Assembly (NCBI GenBank): GCA_943787795.1
Contig: CALSNU010000001.1
Location: 704,001-768,000, forward strand
Direction of reading: 5' to 3'
Length of the DNA: 64,000 nt
Origin: an uncultured bacterium
Lineage (GTDB): Bacteria; Planctomycetota; UBA1135; GCA-002686595
Of this stretch, positions 19,297 to 29,005 are shown in pieces. The position numbers and the translations under genes were made by a program. Every line of letters starts with the position of its first letter. Position 1 is the first letter of the stretch. Under the pieces are notes generated by a model that was not told where the DNA came from, did not search any database, and worked only from the letters and a program-made list of their open reading frames with translations.

Positions 19297-19844
19297 GACC
19301 CCGCTGCGCTCTCCCTCAGGCGGAACTGCTTGTGTCCGGGGGCTTGGTCTTCGAGGAGCTCAATCTCAATGGTCTCGTCAAAGCGCCTGGCCAGCCCCTT
19401 GATCAGGCCGATCACCATCGGCGCGAGGCCCTCTCGCTTGGAGTAGTAGTGGAGGATGCTGGACCCATCGCCGAGGGCCTCGCGCCTGAAACTCGGTGGG
19501 ACCAGCTCAGGCATGGCGTCCCCGATGCGCTCGTGCATCTTGTCGAGGTTGTCGAGGAATTCGTTGAGGGTGCTGCCCATCATCGAGACGAGGTCGCCGT
19601 AGCCCTCCTCGATGGTGTAAATGGTCCAGTACTCGCCGAAGGCCTCGAGCACCGCTTCAGGGGGCAAGTCGAGTGTCTTCGAGGCGGCGTCAACCAGCCG
19701 ATAGGTGACCGCGTCGTCATAGACGTCCATGGCGACGAAGCCGCCGGGATCGATCCCAGCTCGCTCGCAGATGGTTGTCCAGGCCGCATCTCCGAAGCGG
19801 CTCCTGACGAGGCCTTCGACGGCGCGATTGACGAGTCCGTACAT
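19293..19844 (-). CDS. H-NOX heme NO-binding protein
   Basis: MYGLVN start, proximal His in NLDKMH, PPSF, and the YxSxR motif (HYYSKR). Stop overlaps the kinase start. Confidence 0.93.
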   Translation of the reverse strand: MYGLVNRAVEGLVRSRFGDAAWTTICERAGIDPGGFVAMDVYDDAVTYRLVDAASKTLDLPPEAVLEAFGEYWTIYTIEEGYGDLVSMMGSTLNEFLDNLDKMHERIGDAMPELVPPSFRREALGDGSSILHYYSKREGLAPMVIGLIKGLARRFDETIEIELLEDQAPGHKQFRLRESAAGS

Positions 19845-19974
19845 GATGAGCAGTGGGTCCAGGGTAGCGGTGAGGCAGGGTCTACATGAGAACCCGGATC
19901 TGGCGTCTCGTCCACACCAACAGTCGCTCTCGTGGTGAGCCGCCCGGTTGCGTCAGCTGGTCACCCCTCGTCTC

Positions 19975-21897
19975 TCAGAGGTCGACTTCGGTCGCCTCTT
20001 CTGCGCGATCCATGATGAAGCGGAACCGCGCGGAGGGATCCTTGCCCATCAGGTCGTTCATGACCCGATCGGTGACCAGCCCGTCCGCGATCTCGACGCG
20101 GAGCAGTCGGCGCTGAGCCGGGTCGAGGGTCGTCTCCCAGAGCGTGCGGGGCATCATCTCACCGAGGCCCTTGAAGCGGGTGATCGACGGCGTCGAACGC
20201 GCGCTGCCGTGCTCGGAGATGATCCGGTCTCGGTCCGCCTCGTCCGCGGCCCACCAGGTCTCCTTGGCGATGTCCACGCGATAGAGGGGGGGGACCGCGA
20301 TGTACAGGCGGCCGGCCGAGATGAGGCCGGGCAGGTGGCGGTAGAAGAAGGTCAGCAGAAGCGTCGTGATGTGGTGGCCGTCCGAGTCCGCGTCCGCCAG
20401 CAGGATGACCCGCTGGTAGCGGAGCTTGGAGAGGTCGAAGTCCGTCCCGATGCCGCAGCCCAGCGCCGTCAGGAGGTCGGCCAGCTCCTTGTTATCCAGG
20501 ACCTTCTTCAGGCCGGCATCTTCGGTGTTCAGGACCTTCCCGCGCAGCGGGAGAATGGCCTGGAGCGTCCGGTCTCGGCCCTGCTTGGCCGACCCGCCCG
20601 CCGAATCACCCTCGACGATGAAGAGCTCGGAGTTGTCGCGGTTCTTCGTCGAACAGTCAGAGAGCTTGCCGGGGAGCGTCAGGCGGCTGGTAGCGGACTT
20701 TCGAGAGACAGAGGCTGAAGCCGCCCGACTGGCGGCGCGTGCCCGGCTGGCGGCAATGACCCGGGTGATGATCTGCTCGGCGGTGGAGCTGTTCGAGTTC
20801 AGCCACTTCTCGAGGGCCGGCCGCAGGGCGCCATCCACGAGGGCCTGGACCTCAGGATTGTTGAGCCGGTCCTTGGTTTGGCCCTGGAACTGCGGGTCTG
20901 CGATGAAGACGGAGAGGATGCCCAGGATCCCCTCGCGGATGTCTTCGTGCGTGATCTTGACGCCCCGCGGGGTGAGCTTGTGGGTCTCGATGTAGTTCCG
21001 GACCGCCTTGTTGAGCCCGGCACGGAAGCCGTTCTCATGGCTGCCGCCAGAGCTGGTCGTGATCCCGTTGACGTAGCTCCTGACGTGCTCGTCGGTGGAG
21101 TCGGTCCACTGGAAGACCATCTCGACGCGCGCGTCCGCGGTCTCCTTTGCAAGGAAGAACGGCTCCTCATGGATAGGAGAGGCCGAGCGGGACTTGCTGA
21201 CGTCGGCAAGGTAGTCCCGGATCCCGTTCTCGTGTCGGAAGACGGTGCGCTTGCCGGCGACCTCATCCACGAAGACCATCTTCACATTGGAGTGAAGGAA
21301 CGCCGCGGTCTCCAAGCGCTGCTGCAGAGTCTCCGAGTTGAACGTCGTCTTTGGGAAGATCTTCGGGTCAGGCGTGAAGGTGATCGTCGTGCCTGAGCCG
21401 CGGACCTCCTTGTCCTTGGCCTTGAGGAGCTTGGTCGCGGGGACCCCGCGGGCGAAGTCCATCTTGTACTGACCCCCGTCGCGGCGGATCACGGCGGTGA
21501 GCTTCTTGGAGAGGGCGTTGACCACGGACGCGCCGACGCCGTGCAGCCCGCCGGAGGTCTTGTAGTTCCCGTCGCCGTCGTTCTGGAACTTTCCGCCCGC
21601 GTGCAGCTCCGTCAGGACGAGCTCGAGGCCCGACTTCCCGGTCTTCTTGTTCCGGTCGACGGGGATCCCTCGCCCGTTATCGGCGACCGTCACCGTCTCG
21701 CCGGTCTTGTGCAGCGTGAGGGTGATCTCGGTCGCGTGGCCGTTCATGGCCTCGTCCACGGAGTTGTCCAGGACCTCCCACACGAGGTGGTGGAGCCCGG
21801 CGCTGTTGACGCCGCCGATGTACATCCCGGGGCGCTTGCGTACCGCCTCGAGACCCTGGAGGACGGTGAGCTGGTCTGCGGTGTAAGCCTTGGCCAT
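19975..21897 (-). CDS. parE: Type IIA topoisomerase subunit B (ParE/GyrB family)
   Basis: GLEAVRKRPGMYIG, DNSVDEA, HAGGKF, GGLHGVG, VEGDSAGG, PLRGK, DADSDG, RFKGLGEM. Start at ATG 21897. The parE-versus-gyrB assignment is inferred from the partner subunit. Confidence 0.85.
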   Translation of the reverse strand: MAKAYTADQLTVLQGLEAVRKRPGMYIGGVNSAGLHHLVWEVLDNSVDEAMNGHATEITLTLHKTGETVTVADNGRGIPVDRNKKTGKSGLELVLTELHAGGKFQNDGDGNYKTSGGLHGVGASVVNALSKKLTAVIRRDGGQYKMDFARGVPATKLLKAKDKEVRGSGTTITFTPDPKIFPKTTFNSETLQQRLETAAFLHSNVKMVFVDEVAGKRTVFRHENGIRDYLADVSKSRSASPIHEEPFFLAKETADARVEMVFQWTDSTDEHVRSYVNGITTSSGGSHENGFRAGLNKAVRNYIETHKLTPRGVKITHEDIREGILGILSVFIADPQFQGQTKDRLNNPEVQALVDGALRPALEKWLNSNSSTAEQIITRVIAASRARAASRAASASVSRKSATSRLTLPGKLSDCSTKNRDNSELFIVEGDSAGGSAKQGRDRTLQAILPLRGKVLNTEDAGLKKVLDNKELADLLTALGCGIGTDFDLSKLRYQRVILLADADSDGHHITTLLLTFFYRHLPGLISAGRLYIAVPPLYRVDIAKETWWAADEADRDRIISEHGSARSTPSITRFKGLGEMMPRTLWETTLDPAQRRLLRVEIADGLVTDRVMNDLMGKDPSARFRFIMDRAEEATEVDL

Positions 21898-21901
21898 CGT
21901 G

Positions 21902-24382
21902 CTAGAGAGTCGGCGCGCTGACCGGGTCGTGGACGATCTGCTTGATGCGTCCGTTCTTCTGGATCTCAGTCCCGACGCCGCCGCGCGAGGTCGTGCGGTA
22001 CTTGACCGTGGAGATGTTCTTCTGGGCCCCGCGGTTGGTCTCCACCGTGAGCAGGTCTCGGTCCCCGCGGCTCGCCTTGAAGCCCAGCAAGGCGTCGTCC
22101 TTGGCGACCTTGATGAGCTGGACCCCCTTGCCCGGCCCGCCGAGGTAGTTGATCTCCTCCGCGGCGCACACGATCGCTCGGCAGCGCTGGGTGACGGCGA
22201 GGATGGTCTCGCTGCCGTGCAGCTTGAGCGCCCCGATGACGGCCTTGCCGGCGCTCGGCCTTGCGAAGCGCCGGCCAGACCGGGTGGAGGGCTCCTGGAA
22301 CTTGTCGAGGCCGAAGCGGAGGGCATAGCCATCGCTCGTGGCCGCGAAGCCGTGGATCATGGGGCAGGAGTCGGGGCGCTTGGGGTCCTCGGCGATACTG
22401 CCCTTGAGCGTGCGGGGGTCGAATGAGATGACCGCGACGATGCGCTCCCCGTCCTTCAGCTTGAAGAGCTTCTGGATCGGCTCGCCGAATCCCGTTGATG
22501 AGGGGAGGTCCGCGAAGCGGGCGGTGTAGCAGGTGCCTGCGGAGGAGAAGAAACCCACCGTCGCGCGGGTCGATCCGGCCACGCATGCGAGGACGCTATC
22601 TCCGTCGCGGATCCGTGACTTGGACGGCTCCTTGATCTCCTTCTGTCGCTTGACCCAGCCGTCCCGGGTGACGAGCAGGTGGGTGTCCTCGGCGACGATG
22701 AAGTCCTCCTCCGAGTATTCGACCTCCTCGGTCGGGGCCTCGATCACGGTACGGCGCTTGGCCTCCTTGGACTTTCCGAGCTCCTTGAGCACGTCCCGGA
22801 GCTCCTCGCGGACGATGCCCCAGCGTCCGGATGAAGCCGGGTCGCTGTCGTCGTCCCCGAGCAGGCCGCGGATCTCGTCGGCGCGCGTGCGCTTGGCCTC
22901 GAGCTCGTCGAGCACGAGGTTGATCTCGAGCTTGGCGAGCCGGTACAGCTTGAGCTCGAGGATCGCGTCGGTTTGCTCCTCGTCGAGCTGCTTGTACTTC
23001 TTGAGGATCTTCTTGGCCGCATCGGCCTTTCCGCTCGACGCCCGGATGATCCGGATGATGTCGTCGAGGGCGTCGAAGACGAGGGCGAACCCCTCAAGGA
23101 TGTGGATCCGCTTCTCCAGTCCCTGAAGCTCGTTCCGAAGGCGCCGGGTCACGACGTCGAGCCGGAAGTGGAGGAAGTGCCACAGGACCTCCTTCAGGCC
23201 GAGCCGGGACGGGGCGCCCACCTCGGGGTTTTCGGTGGGGACGAGGCAGGTGAGGTTGTAGCTGTAGTTGACCTGCAGGTTGGTGTGCTTGTGGAGGTAC
23301 GCCAGCACCTTCTGCTCGTCCGCGTCCTTCTTGAGGTCCAGCTCGACCCGGATGTCCTCCGCGGACAGGTCGCGGACGTCGAGGATCAGCGCCATCTTGC
23401 GCTGGACGACGATCTGGCCGATCTGCTCCACGAGGGTCGCCTTGTTGACGCCGTAGGGCACGCTCGAGATGACCATCGTCTTCGTGCTGCGCGACTTCAG
23501 CTTGCGGTCGATCACACACGTGCCGCGAATCTTGATGCCACCTGAGCCACTCTTGTAGATCTCGCGCAGCTGCTCCCGCGAGGCGATGACATGCCCGCCG
23601 GTGGGGAAGTCCGGGCCCTGCACGGCATCGTTGGCCACGAGCTGGTAGTCCTTGACCTCCGGGTCCGCCAGCACCTTGAGGCAAGCGGAGATCGTCTCTG
23701 CCATGTTGTGCGGCGGAATGTTGGTGGCCATGCCGACCGCGATCCCCGCGCCGCCGTTGACCAGCAGGTTGGGGTAGCGAGCGGGTAGCACCACCGGCTC
23801 CTCGTTTGTGCCGTCGTAGTTGGGCCGGAAGGGGACCGTGCCGTTTCGGATGTCGTCGAGCAGCGGCAGAGCGGGGGGCGCGAGCCGGCACTCGGTGTAC
23901 CGGTAGGCGGCCGCGGAGTCGCCGTCGATGGAGCCGAAGTTGCCGTGACCGTCCACCAGGTTGTGGCGCATCTGCCACGGCTGCGCCATGCGGACCAGGG
24001 CGTCGTAGAGGGCCGTATCCCCGTGGGGGTGGAAGTCCTTGAGGGCAGCCCCTACGACCCCCGCACACTTGCGGGGTTTCGCGTCCGGGAGCATGCGCTC
24101 GCGGAGCATCGTGTACAGGATCCGGCGCTGTACGGGTTTGAGCCCGTCACGCACGTCCGGGAGGGCTCGGCTCGTGATGACCGATAGCGAGTAGTTGAGG
24201 TAGCGAGCCTGGGCCGCCTCGTGAAGCGCGACCGCCTCCTCACCGTTTCCGGATACGCCGTCGCTGGACCCGCCGTCGCCGCCGGCTCCACCTGAGTCCT
24301 CGAAGAGCCCGGGGGCTGACTCCTTGGATCGTTCGCTGGTCCTTGTTTTCTTCGTCGATCTCGACGTCTTGGTGCGCGCCAC
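21902..24382 (-). CDS. parC: Type IIA topoisomerase subunit A (ParC/GyrA family, no GyrA-box)
   Basis: [27 protein letters not shown], catalytic [27 protein letters not shown]. Start taken at GTG 24382. Confidence 0.85.
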   Translation of the reverse strand: MARTKTSRSTKKTRTSERSKESAPGLFEDSGGAGGDGGSSDGVSGNGEEAVALHEAAQARYLNYSLSVITSRALPDVRDGLKPVQRRILYTMLRERMLPDAKPRKCAGVVGAALKDFHPHGDTALYDALVRMAQPWQMRHNLVDGHGNFGSIDGDSAAAYRYTECRLAPPALPLLDDIRNGTVPFRPNYDGTNEEPVVLPARYPNLLVNGGAGIAVGMATNIPPHNMAETISACLKVLADPEVKDYQLVANDAVQGPDFPTGGHVIASREQLREIYKSGSGGIKIRGTCVIDRKLKSRSTKTMVISSVPYGVNKATLVEQIGQIVVQRKMALILDVRDLSAEDIRVELDLKKDADEQKVLAYLHKHTNLQVNYSYNLTCLVPTENPEVGAPSRLGLKEVLWHFLHFRLDVVTRRLRNELQGLEKRIHILEGFALVFDALDDIIRIIRASSGKADAAKKILKKYKQLDEEQTDAILELKLYRLAKLEINLVLDELEAKRTRADEIRGLLGDDDSDPASSGRWGIVREELRDVLKELGKSKEAKRRTVIEAPTEEVEYSEEDFIVAEDTHLLVTRDGWVKRQKEIKEPSKSRIRDGDSVLACVAGSTRATVGFFSSAGTCYTARFADLPSSTGFGEPIQKLFKLKDGERIVAVISFDPRTLKGSIAEDPKRPDSCPMIHGFAATSDGYALRFGLDKFQEPSTRSGRRFARPSAGKAVIGALKLHGSETILAVTQRCRAIVCAAEEINYLGGPGKGVQLIKVAKDDALLGFKASRGDRDLLTVETNRGAQKNISTVKYRTTSRGGVGTEIQKNGRIKQIVHDPVSAPTL

Positions 24383-24490
24383 TGGAGGGTCCTCGATGCT
24401 CGCCCGCGCACGCCCGGGGCGGCTCACGCTGGGGAACCCGCGCACGATAGAGGCGCGGGGAGGGCCGTACAACCCCGCGGCGGTCTCGGG

Positions 24491-24844
24491 CTACGCTTCC
24501 TGCCAGAGAGCCGCGTCGATCACCGATGCGGCATGCAGCACGAACCCGATGATGCCGGGGAGGATCAGGAACCAGAGGCCGTAACCAATGGTCGTCCCCA
24601 GGAAGAGGAAGGCGGCCGAGAAGACCCGGCCCTGCACGAGCTGACCCAGTCCCGGGACGAAGAAGGAGGCCAAGGCAGCCAGGACGTTGCCCGAGGAGCC
24701 CCGCCGGGACCGCTTGGGGTGTCCGATCCGGACAAGGTCCTCTTCGGGGAGGCCTTCGGCCTGGTCGCGGTAGATGCGTAGGGAAACCATGGGGCCTCTT
24801 GTTGGGAGGTCATCGGCACCAATTTCATCGGGCCCCGAGTTCAT
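24491..24844 (-). CDS. Small membrane protein
   Basis: AALASFFVPGLGQLVQGR motif with hydrophobic helices. ATG 24844 overlaps the upstream stop. Confidence 0.7.
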   Translation of the reverse strand: MNSGPDEIGADDLPTRGPMVSLRIYRDQAEGLPEEDLVRIGHPKRSRRGSSGNVLAALASFFVPGLGQLVQGRVFSAAFLFLGTTIGYGLWFLILPGIIGFVLHAASVIDAALWQEA

Positions 24845-25026
24845 GCTCCGAGGCTCCGCAGGATGAGCCAGCCCAGCATGAAGATCGCCGGCCCCGACGA
24901 GATGCACCCCGCCTTGAGGTGCCGCTGCTGGAGCGAGCCGGCGCAGCCGGGGCAAACCCTCGGCGCCGGCCTGGGGAGGACCTGCCCGCAGTGCGGGCAT
25001 TGTTTGGAGTCGATCAGGCGCGGCAT
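24841..25026 (-). CDS. Small zinc-ribbon membrane-anchored protein
   Basis: 61 aa; CPHC...CPGC with a hydrophobic C-terminus. Closely coupled to its neighbours. Confidence 0.6.
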   Translation of the reverse strand: MPRLIDSKQCPHCGQVLPRPAPRVCPGCAGSLQQRHLKAGCISSGPAIFMLGWLILRSLGA

Positions 25027-25041
25027 GGGGCTCTTCTGAGG

Positions 25042-25866
25042 CTAATGCTCTGTGCCGCTCAGATCGATCGGGTCCGGGAGGATGTTGCGGGGGCAGACGC
25101 CCGCCAGCGCTGCGCGGCGCTGAAACTCGGCCAGGCTGGGCGCCATGGACGCCCCGGGGTCGTAGCTGCACTCCTCGGACAGGTACTCAAAGCACTTGCC
25201 TTCGGGGAGGCCCCACTCGGTCGCCGCCTGTGCCGAGAGCTGTCGGATGGAGGCCCGCCCCGCCTCCCGGGCCCGGGCGAAGGCTCCGAGGTGGGGCTCG
25301 ATGTCCACGTCGCCGCGGACGATCCAGGCGGCGAAGATGAAGGGCAAGCCCGTGCGCCGCCGCCACTCCTCGCTGGGATTCCAGGCGGGAGCGTCAATGG
25401 TCAGGGTCTCACGCAGCGCCGGGTCTCCAATGCGGAGCCACGCGTCTGCGTCCTCTTCCTCGCGCGGATCTGCGCCCAGGGGCACCTCCTCGTACCTCGG
25501 GGGCCCGCCCTCTCGCTCGTGGAGAAGCGTCCGTGTGAGGGCCGCCGCCGCGCGGCTGGAGGGGTCCATGGCGATGGATTGCACTTCCTGGATTGGCTTG
25601 CGGAGGAAGACCTGCACGCTCCCCACGTAGCTCTCGCCCGCCACACCGATGCCGTCGATGAAACGATAGCCCGGCGTGCGAAAGAGCTCGATGGAGGAGA
25701 CCAGGGCGACGTCGATCTCGCCGCCGCGGAGCTGATCAATGAGGACCGCCGGCACGGCATGGTGGAGGTCGATCCCCGGCTCATCACCGAGGCCCAGGTC
25801 GAGGGGGCGGCCGACGAGGTAGGGGACGGAGCCCACGCGGAGGGCGCTTGTCTTGGGGGGGGGCAT
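25042..25866 (-). CDS. mqnA: Chorismate dehydratase (futalosine pathway)
   Basis: RVGSVPYL..RPL, DVALVSSIE, VGSV, SSRAA, LRIGDPAL, WRRRTGLPFIFAAW. Start at ATG 25866. Confidence 0.85.
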   Translation of the reverse strand: MPPPKTSALRVGSVPYLVGRPLDLGLGDEPGIDLHHAVPAVLIDQLRGGEIDVALVSSIELFRTPGYRFIDGIGVAGESYVGSVQVFLRKPIQEVQSIAMDPSSRAAAALTRTLLHEREGGPPRYEEVPLGADPREEEDADAWLRIGDPALRETLTIDAPAWNPSEEWRRRTGLPFIFAAWIVRGDVDIEPHLGAFARAREAGRASIRQLSAQAATEWGLPEGKCFEYLSEECSYDPGASMAPSLAEFQRRAALAGVCPRNILPDPIDLSGTEH

Positions 25867-26031
25867 GGCAGCCAGGAGTCTAGCGGTCGAGCCCGCGCAC
25901 GAATCTGTTGAAGGCTGCAACGCCCGGCGGATTGATCCGTCTCGCCCGTGAGGGCCTGAAGGGTCAGCTCGACGGTCCTGGCCTCTCTCGCCCCCAGGGG
26001 GGGCGCCTGGGCCGTGAACTCCGGAGAGCCG

Positions 26032-26223
26032 TCCCCCGGAGCGCGACGGCTCCGGAATGCGGCGGCTCCGGAATGCGGCGGCTCCGGAATGCGGCGGCCC
26101 CGAAACGCGATGGCCCCGAAACGCGATGGCCTCGAAACGCGATGGCCTCGAAACGCGATGGCCTCGAAACGCGATGGCCTCGAAACGCAATGGCTGAGGA
26201 GCGGGATGGCTCCGAAGCGTGAT
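26032..26223. repeat. 16-bp degenerate tandem array (~12 units)
   Basis: ggctccggaatgcggc x3, ggccccgaaacgcgat x2, ggcctcgaaacgc(g/a)at x4, plus diverged flanking units. Confidence 0.92.
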
Positions 26224-26371
26224 GACCATGGAATACCCGGACCAAGAGAAGTCAGCGATCATGAACTGTCCGCCCCGAGACCAAGTGACGATGAGGCACT
26301 CAGGGTCCGCAAGCGCCCTCCTTGAGCGCCCATGTGGTAAGCCCCACGCCTATGGAGGTTCCGGCCATCGG

Positions 26372-26461
26372 GAGTTCCGGCGTAGAGGACTCCGGGGCAG
26401 TGGCCTCCGGGGCAGTGGCCTCCGGGGCAGTGGCCTCCGGCGCAGGGGCCTCCGGCGCCGG
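26372..26461. repeat. 15-bp tandem array (~6 units)
   Basis: gg(a/c)ctccggggcagt x3, ggcctccggcgc(a/c)gg x2 and one diverged 5' unit, ending 3 nt before ATG 26465. Confidence 0.88.
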
Positions 26462-26464
26462 GGC

Positions 26465-27925
26465 ATGGTCCGCTGGCGGTGGGCTCTGGCGCTGTGGATC
26501 GCAGCCGTGGCGGGGGCCGGGCTTCAAGCGAGTCCTGGGCCGGGATGGGGGCCTGTACTGGGAGCACTCCTCGGGAGGCACTTCGCCGGCCTCCTGCCAG
26601 CGAGCATCGCCGGGCCGGAGGAGCAGGGACCCCTGGCCCGCCTCGATGGGTGGGCGGACGCCCCGGTCGAACTTGTTCGATCTGCGGCCCGCGGGCGCCC
26701 GCCCGGTCTCGGCGCGGCGGTCTCATTTGCTGCTGCCTCCCCGGGTGGGCCGGTGCTGCTCGGCGCGGCTCCGGCCGGCCTGTCGGCGGGGGTAGGAGGG
26801 CTCGTCCTTGGCGCGGCTCGGGGCGGGCCACAGCAGGGCTGGAGGGTCGGCGGCGCCGGCTCATGGTGGCAAGGGCCTTCCGGCCCCTCTGGCGCGCCGG
26901 GGCTGGAGGGCCCTTCCAGGGGAGATGATGAGCAAGGGCGGGCCATGGCGTCTGCGGTCGGGTGGACAGCCATCGGGGCGCCAAGCGCGCGGCTGGGCGA
27001 GTCACAGGTCGGCGCAGTCACGCTCGTTCACTTCAGCCCCGGAGCAGGCCGTGGAGTGACCACCCAGGTTCTGCGCCCTCCGGCTGGCATGGCCGGGGGA
27101 GGCTTCGGCGCGGCTCTTGCCTTCCTTGAAGCGAGGGGTGAACCCCGAGTGCTGGCGGTCGGCGCTCCGTTTGAGACGGACCCTGTGACAGGGCTGCCGC
27201 TGGTGGGGGCAGTGCACCTGTTCGAGCCGATCGGAGGTGCTGGCGATGCCCGGCTCTCCCGCTGGGGGCTGGTCCAGACCATGCGACCGGAGTCGCCTGG
27301 GATCGGGATGGCGTTCGGAGCCTCCCTCGCCTGGGTCGATGGGGACCTCGCGATCGGTGCCCCGGGTCATGGCAGCCTTGCGCCTGGGGCGGGGAGCGTC
27401 TTCGGGGTCTCGAGGTCCGGGGATCGACTCTGGTCCCTCGGGTCGCCGCAGGCGGGCGCGAGGTTTGGAGCCGCCGTCTGCTCACTGCCCGTGGCGTGGG
27501 GTCCAGGACGGCCCGGCCTCGCGGTGACCGCAGCCGGACGCGGGGTGGTTCATGTGCACGACCTCCTGGCGGGTGCCCCGCAGGTGGTCGCGACGCTTCG
27601 CGGCCGGCCTGGCGGAGGCTTTGGGCTCGCGCTGGCTGCGGTCGGGGAGCAGCTCCTGGTCGGGGCGCCGTTCGAAGGCGTGGGGGGGGTCCCGCTTGCC
27701 GGGCATGTCCAGCGCTTCCTCGCGGGTCGAGGTGAGGAGGCTGTCGAGACGCTCTCCGCGCCGTCGCCGACGATCGGTGGGGAGTTCGGGGTGTCCCTTG
27801 CGGCCTCTCGAGGGCGCGATGGCGTCCACTGGCTCGCTGTAGGCGAGCCGGGGAGTCATCACGGCTGCGATTCGATCCGCTCGAGCTGCCGCCCGGGTCG
27901 GGTCGCTGTCTTCGTGCTGCCGTGA
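26465..27925 (+). CDS. Exported FG-GAP (integrin-alpha-like beta-propeller) repeat protein
   Basis: Signal-like MVRWRWALALWIAAVAGAGLQA and repeated FGAAL...VGAPF, FGASL...IGAPG, FGLAL...VGAPF, FGVSL...VGEPG. Confidence 0.75.
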   Translation: MVRWRWALALWIAAVAGAGLQASPGPGWGPVLGALLGRHFAGLLPASIAGPEEQGPLARLDGWADAPVELVRSAARGRPPGLGAAVSFAAASPGGPVLLGAAPAGLSAGVGGLVLGAARGGPQQGWRVGGAGSWWQGPSGPSGAPGLEGPSRGDDEQGRAMASAVGWTAIGAPSARLGESQVGAVTLVHFSPGAGRGVTTQVLRPPAGMAGGGFGAALAFLEARGEPRVLAVGAPFETDPVTGLPLVGAVHLFEPIGGAGDARLSRWGLVQTMRPESPGIGMAFGASLAWVDGDLAIGAPGHGSLAPGAGSVFGVSRSGDRLWSLGSPQAGARFGAAVCSLPVAWGPGRPGLAVTAAGRGVVHVHDLLAGAPQVVATLRGRPGGGFGLALAAVGEQLLVGAPFEGVGGVPLAGHVQRFLAGRGEEAVETLSAPSPTIGGEFGVSLAASRGRDGVHWLAVGEPGSHHGCDSIRSSCRPGRVAVFVLP

Positions 27926-28071
27926 TCGAGTCGGAGGATCGCGATGAGGCTGGCCCGGCCCGGCGGCTTCGCCTTGACCGGGGCCCGATCGTAGGAACTC
28001 GACCACCTGACCTTGATCAGAGGGGCATGCGCTGGGGATGAGCCGCCGGCAAAGGGCATGGGCCAGCTCGA

Positions 28072-28899
28072 TCAGCGCCCGGTTCGCCGGATGGCCAAGA
28101 GGGTCATGTCGTCCGCCTTTCCCAGCTGATGAGAGCGGGAGCGCGAGGTCATTGACCGCCGCATCCTCTCGGAGCACAGATCTGTCAGGCGAGCCGTCGC
28201 CGCGGGGAGGGGGCCGGACCGGAGGCAGTCGACGACCTCGGACTGCCGCACATTGTCGGTCACTCCGTCGGTGGCGATGAGCGCCGTGTCCCCGCGCCTC
28301 AGGTCCATGCGAGGTCCGAGGTGGACGGACATGGACGCGACACCTAGCCCGTTGGAGACGAGGTGTCGTTCGGGGTGGGCCAGGGCTTGCTCCTCTTCAA
28401 TCAGGCCCCGTTGGAGCGCGCGACCCACCGGGGAGTGCGCTGGCGTGCGATACCGGCACGTCCCGTCGCTGGCGAGAATCATCACCTCCGCGTCTCCGGA
28501 GTGGAGCGTCTGGACCCGGTCGCCGCAAATGACCGCGCCTGCGATCGTGGCGCCGCCACCGGGATAGCGCTCCAGCACCTGGGCGTGGGCCTGCCGGACG
28601 GCCCGAATTGCCCTCTGGATCGGAGACCCCAGGTCCGTCGGCCGAGCGAGCTCCTCGGCAATGGTTGTGGCCGAGAGTCGTGCGACCTTGGCTCCGGACG
28701 CCATGCCTCCCATCCCGTCGATCGCGAATCCGATGAGCCCCTGTTCGCCCTCGGCGCCGAGGAAGGCCGAGTCCTCTCCATCGGCGCGGGCGGGGGAGGA
28801 GAGGCAGACCCAGCAGACCTCGAAGGGTCCGAGGGTGGCTTGCTTCACCGGAGCAGCGACCGCGCAGGGCTCGGGGAAGATGATCTCTGTCCAGCTCAT
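28072..28899 (-). CDS. PP2C-family Ser/Thr protein phosphatase
   Basis: GED, IDGMGG, HSGD, HPERHLVS, ATDGVTD, ADDMT. Start at ATG 28899. Confidence 0.85.
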   Translation of the reverse strand: MSWTEIIFPEPCAVAAPVKQATLGPFEVCWVCLSSPARADGEDSAFLGAEGEQGLIGFAIDGMGGMASGAKVARLSATTIAEELARPTDLGSPIQRAIRAVRQAHAQVLERYPGGGATIAGAVICGDRVQTLHSGDAEVMILASDGTCRYRTPAHSPVGRALQRGLIEEEQALAHPERHLVSNGLGVASMSVHLGPRMDLRRGDTALIATDGVTDNVRQSEVVDCLRSGPLPAATARLTDLCSERMRRSMTSRSRSHQLGKADDMTLLAIRRTGR

Positions 28900-29005
28900 C
28901 GTGGGGTCGGCTCGGGGCCTCTGCGCCTCGCGCCAGACGGCGAAGTCGGCTGCGGTCTCCACGGCCGAAGGGGGCGCTCCGGTGCGGCCCGTTTGGATCT
29001 GAAGG

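Noticed and set aside
25867..26262. Repeat-containing N-terminal extension of MqnA in the ORF track
   Set aside because: It is translation through a 16-bp array. MqnA similarity and a -10 box point to ATG 25866.
26032..26461. Possible CRISPR array
   Set aside because: Units are head-to-tail 15-16-mers with no unique spacers, and there are no cas genes.
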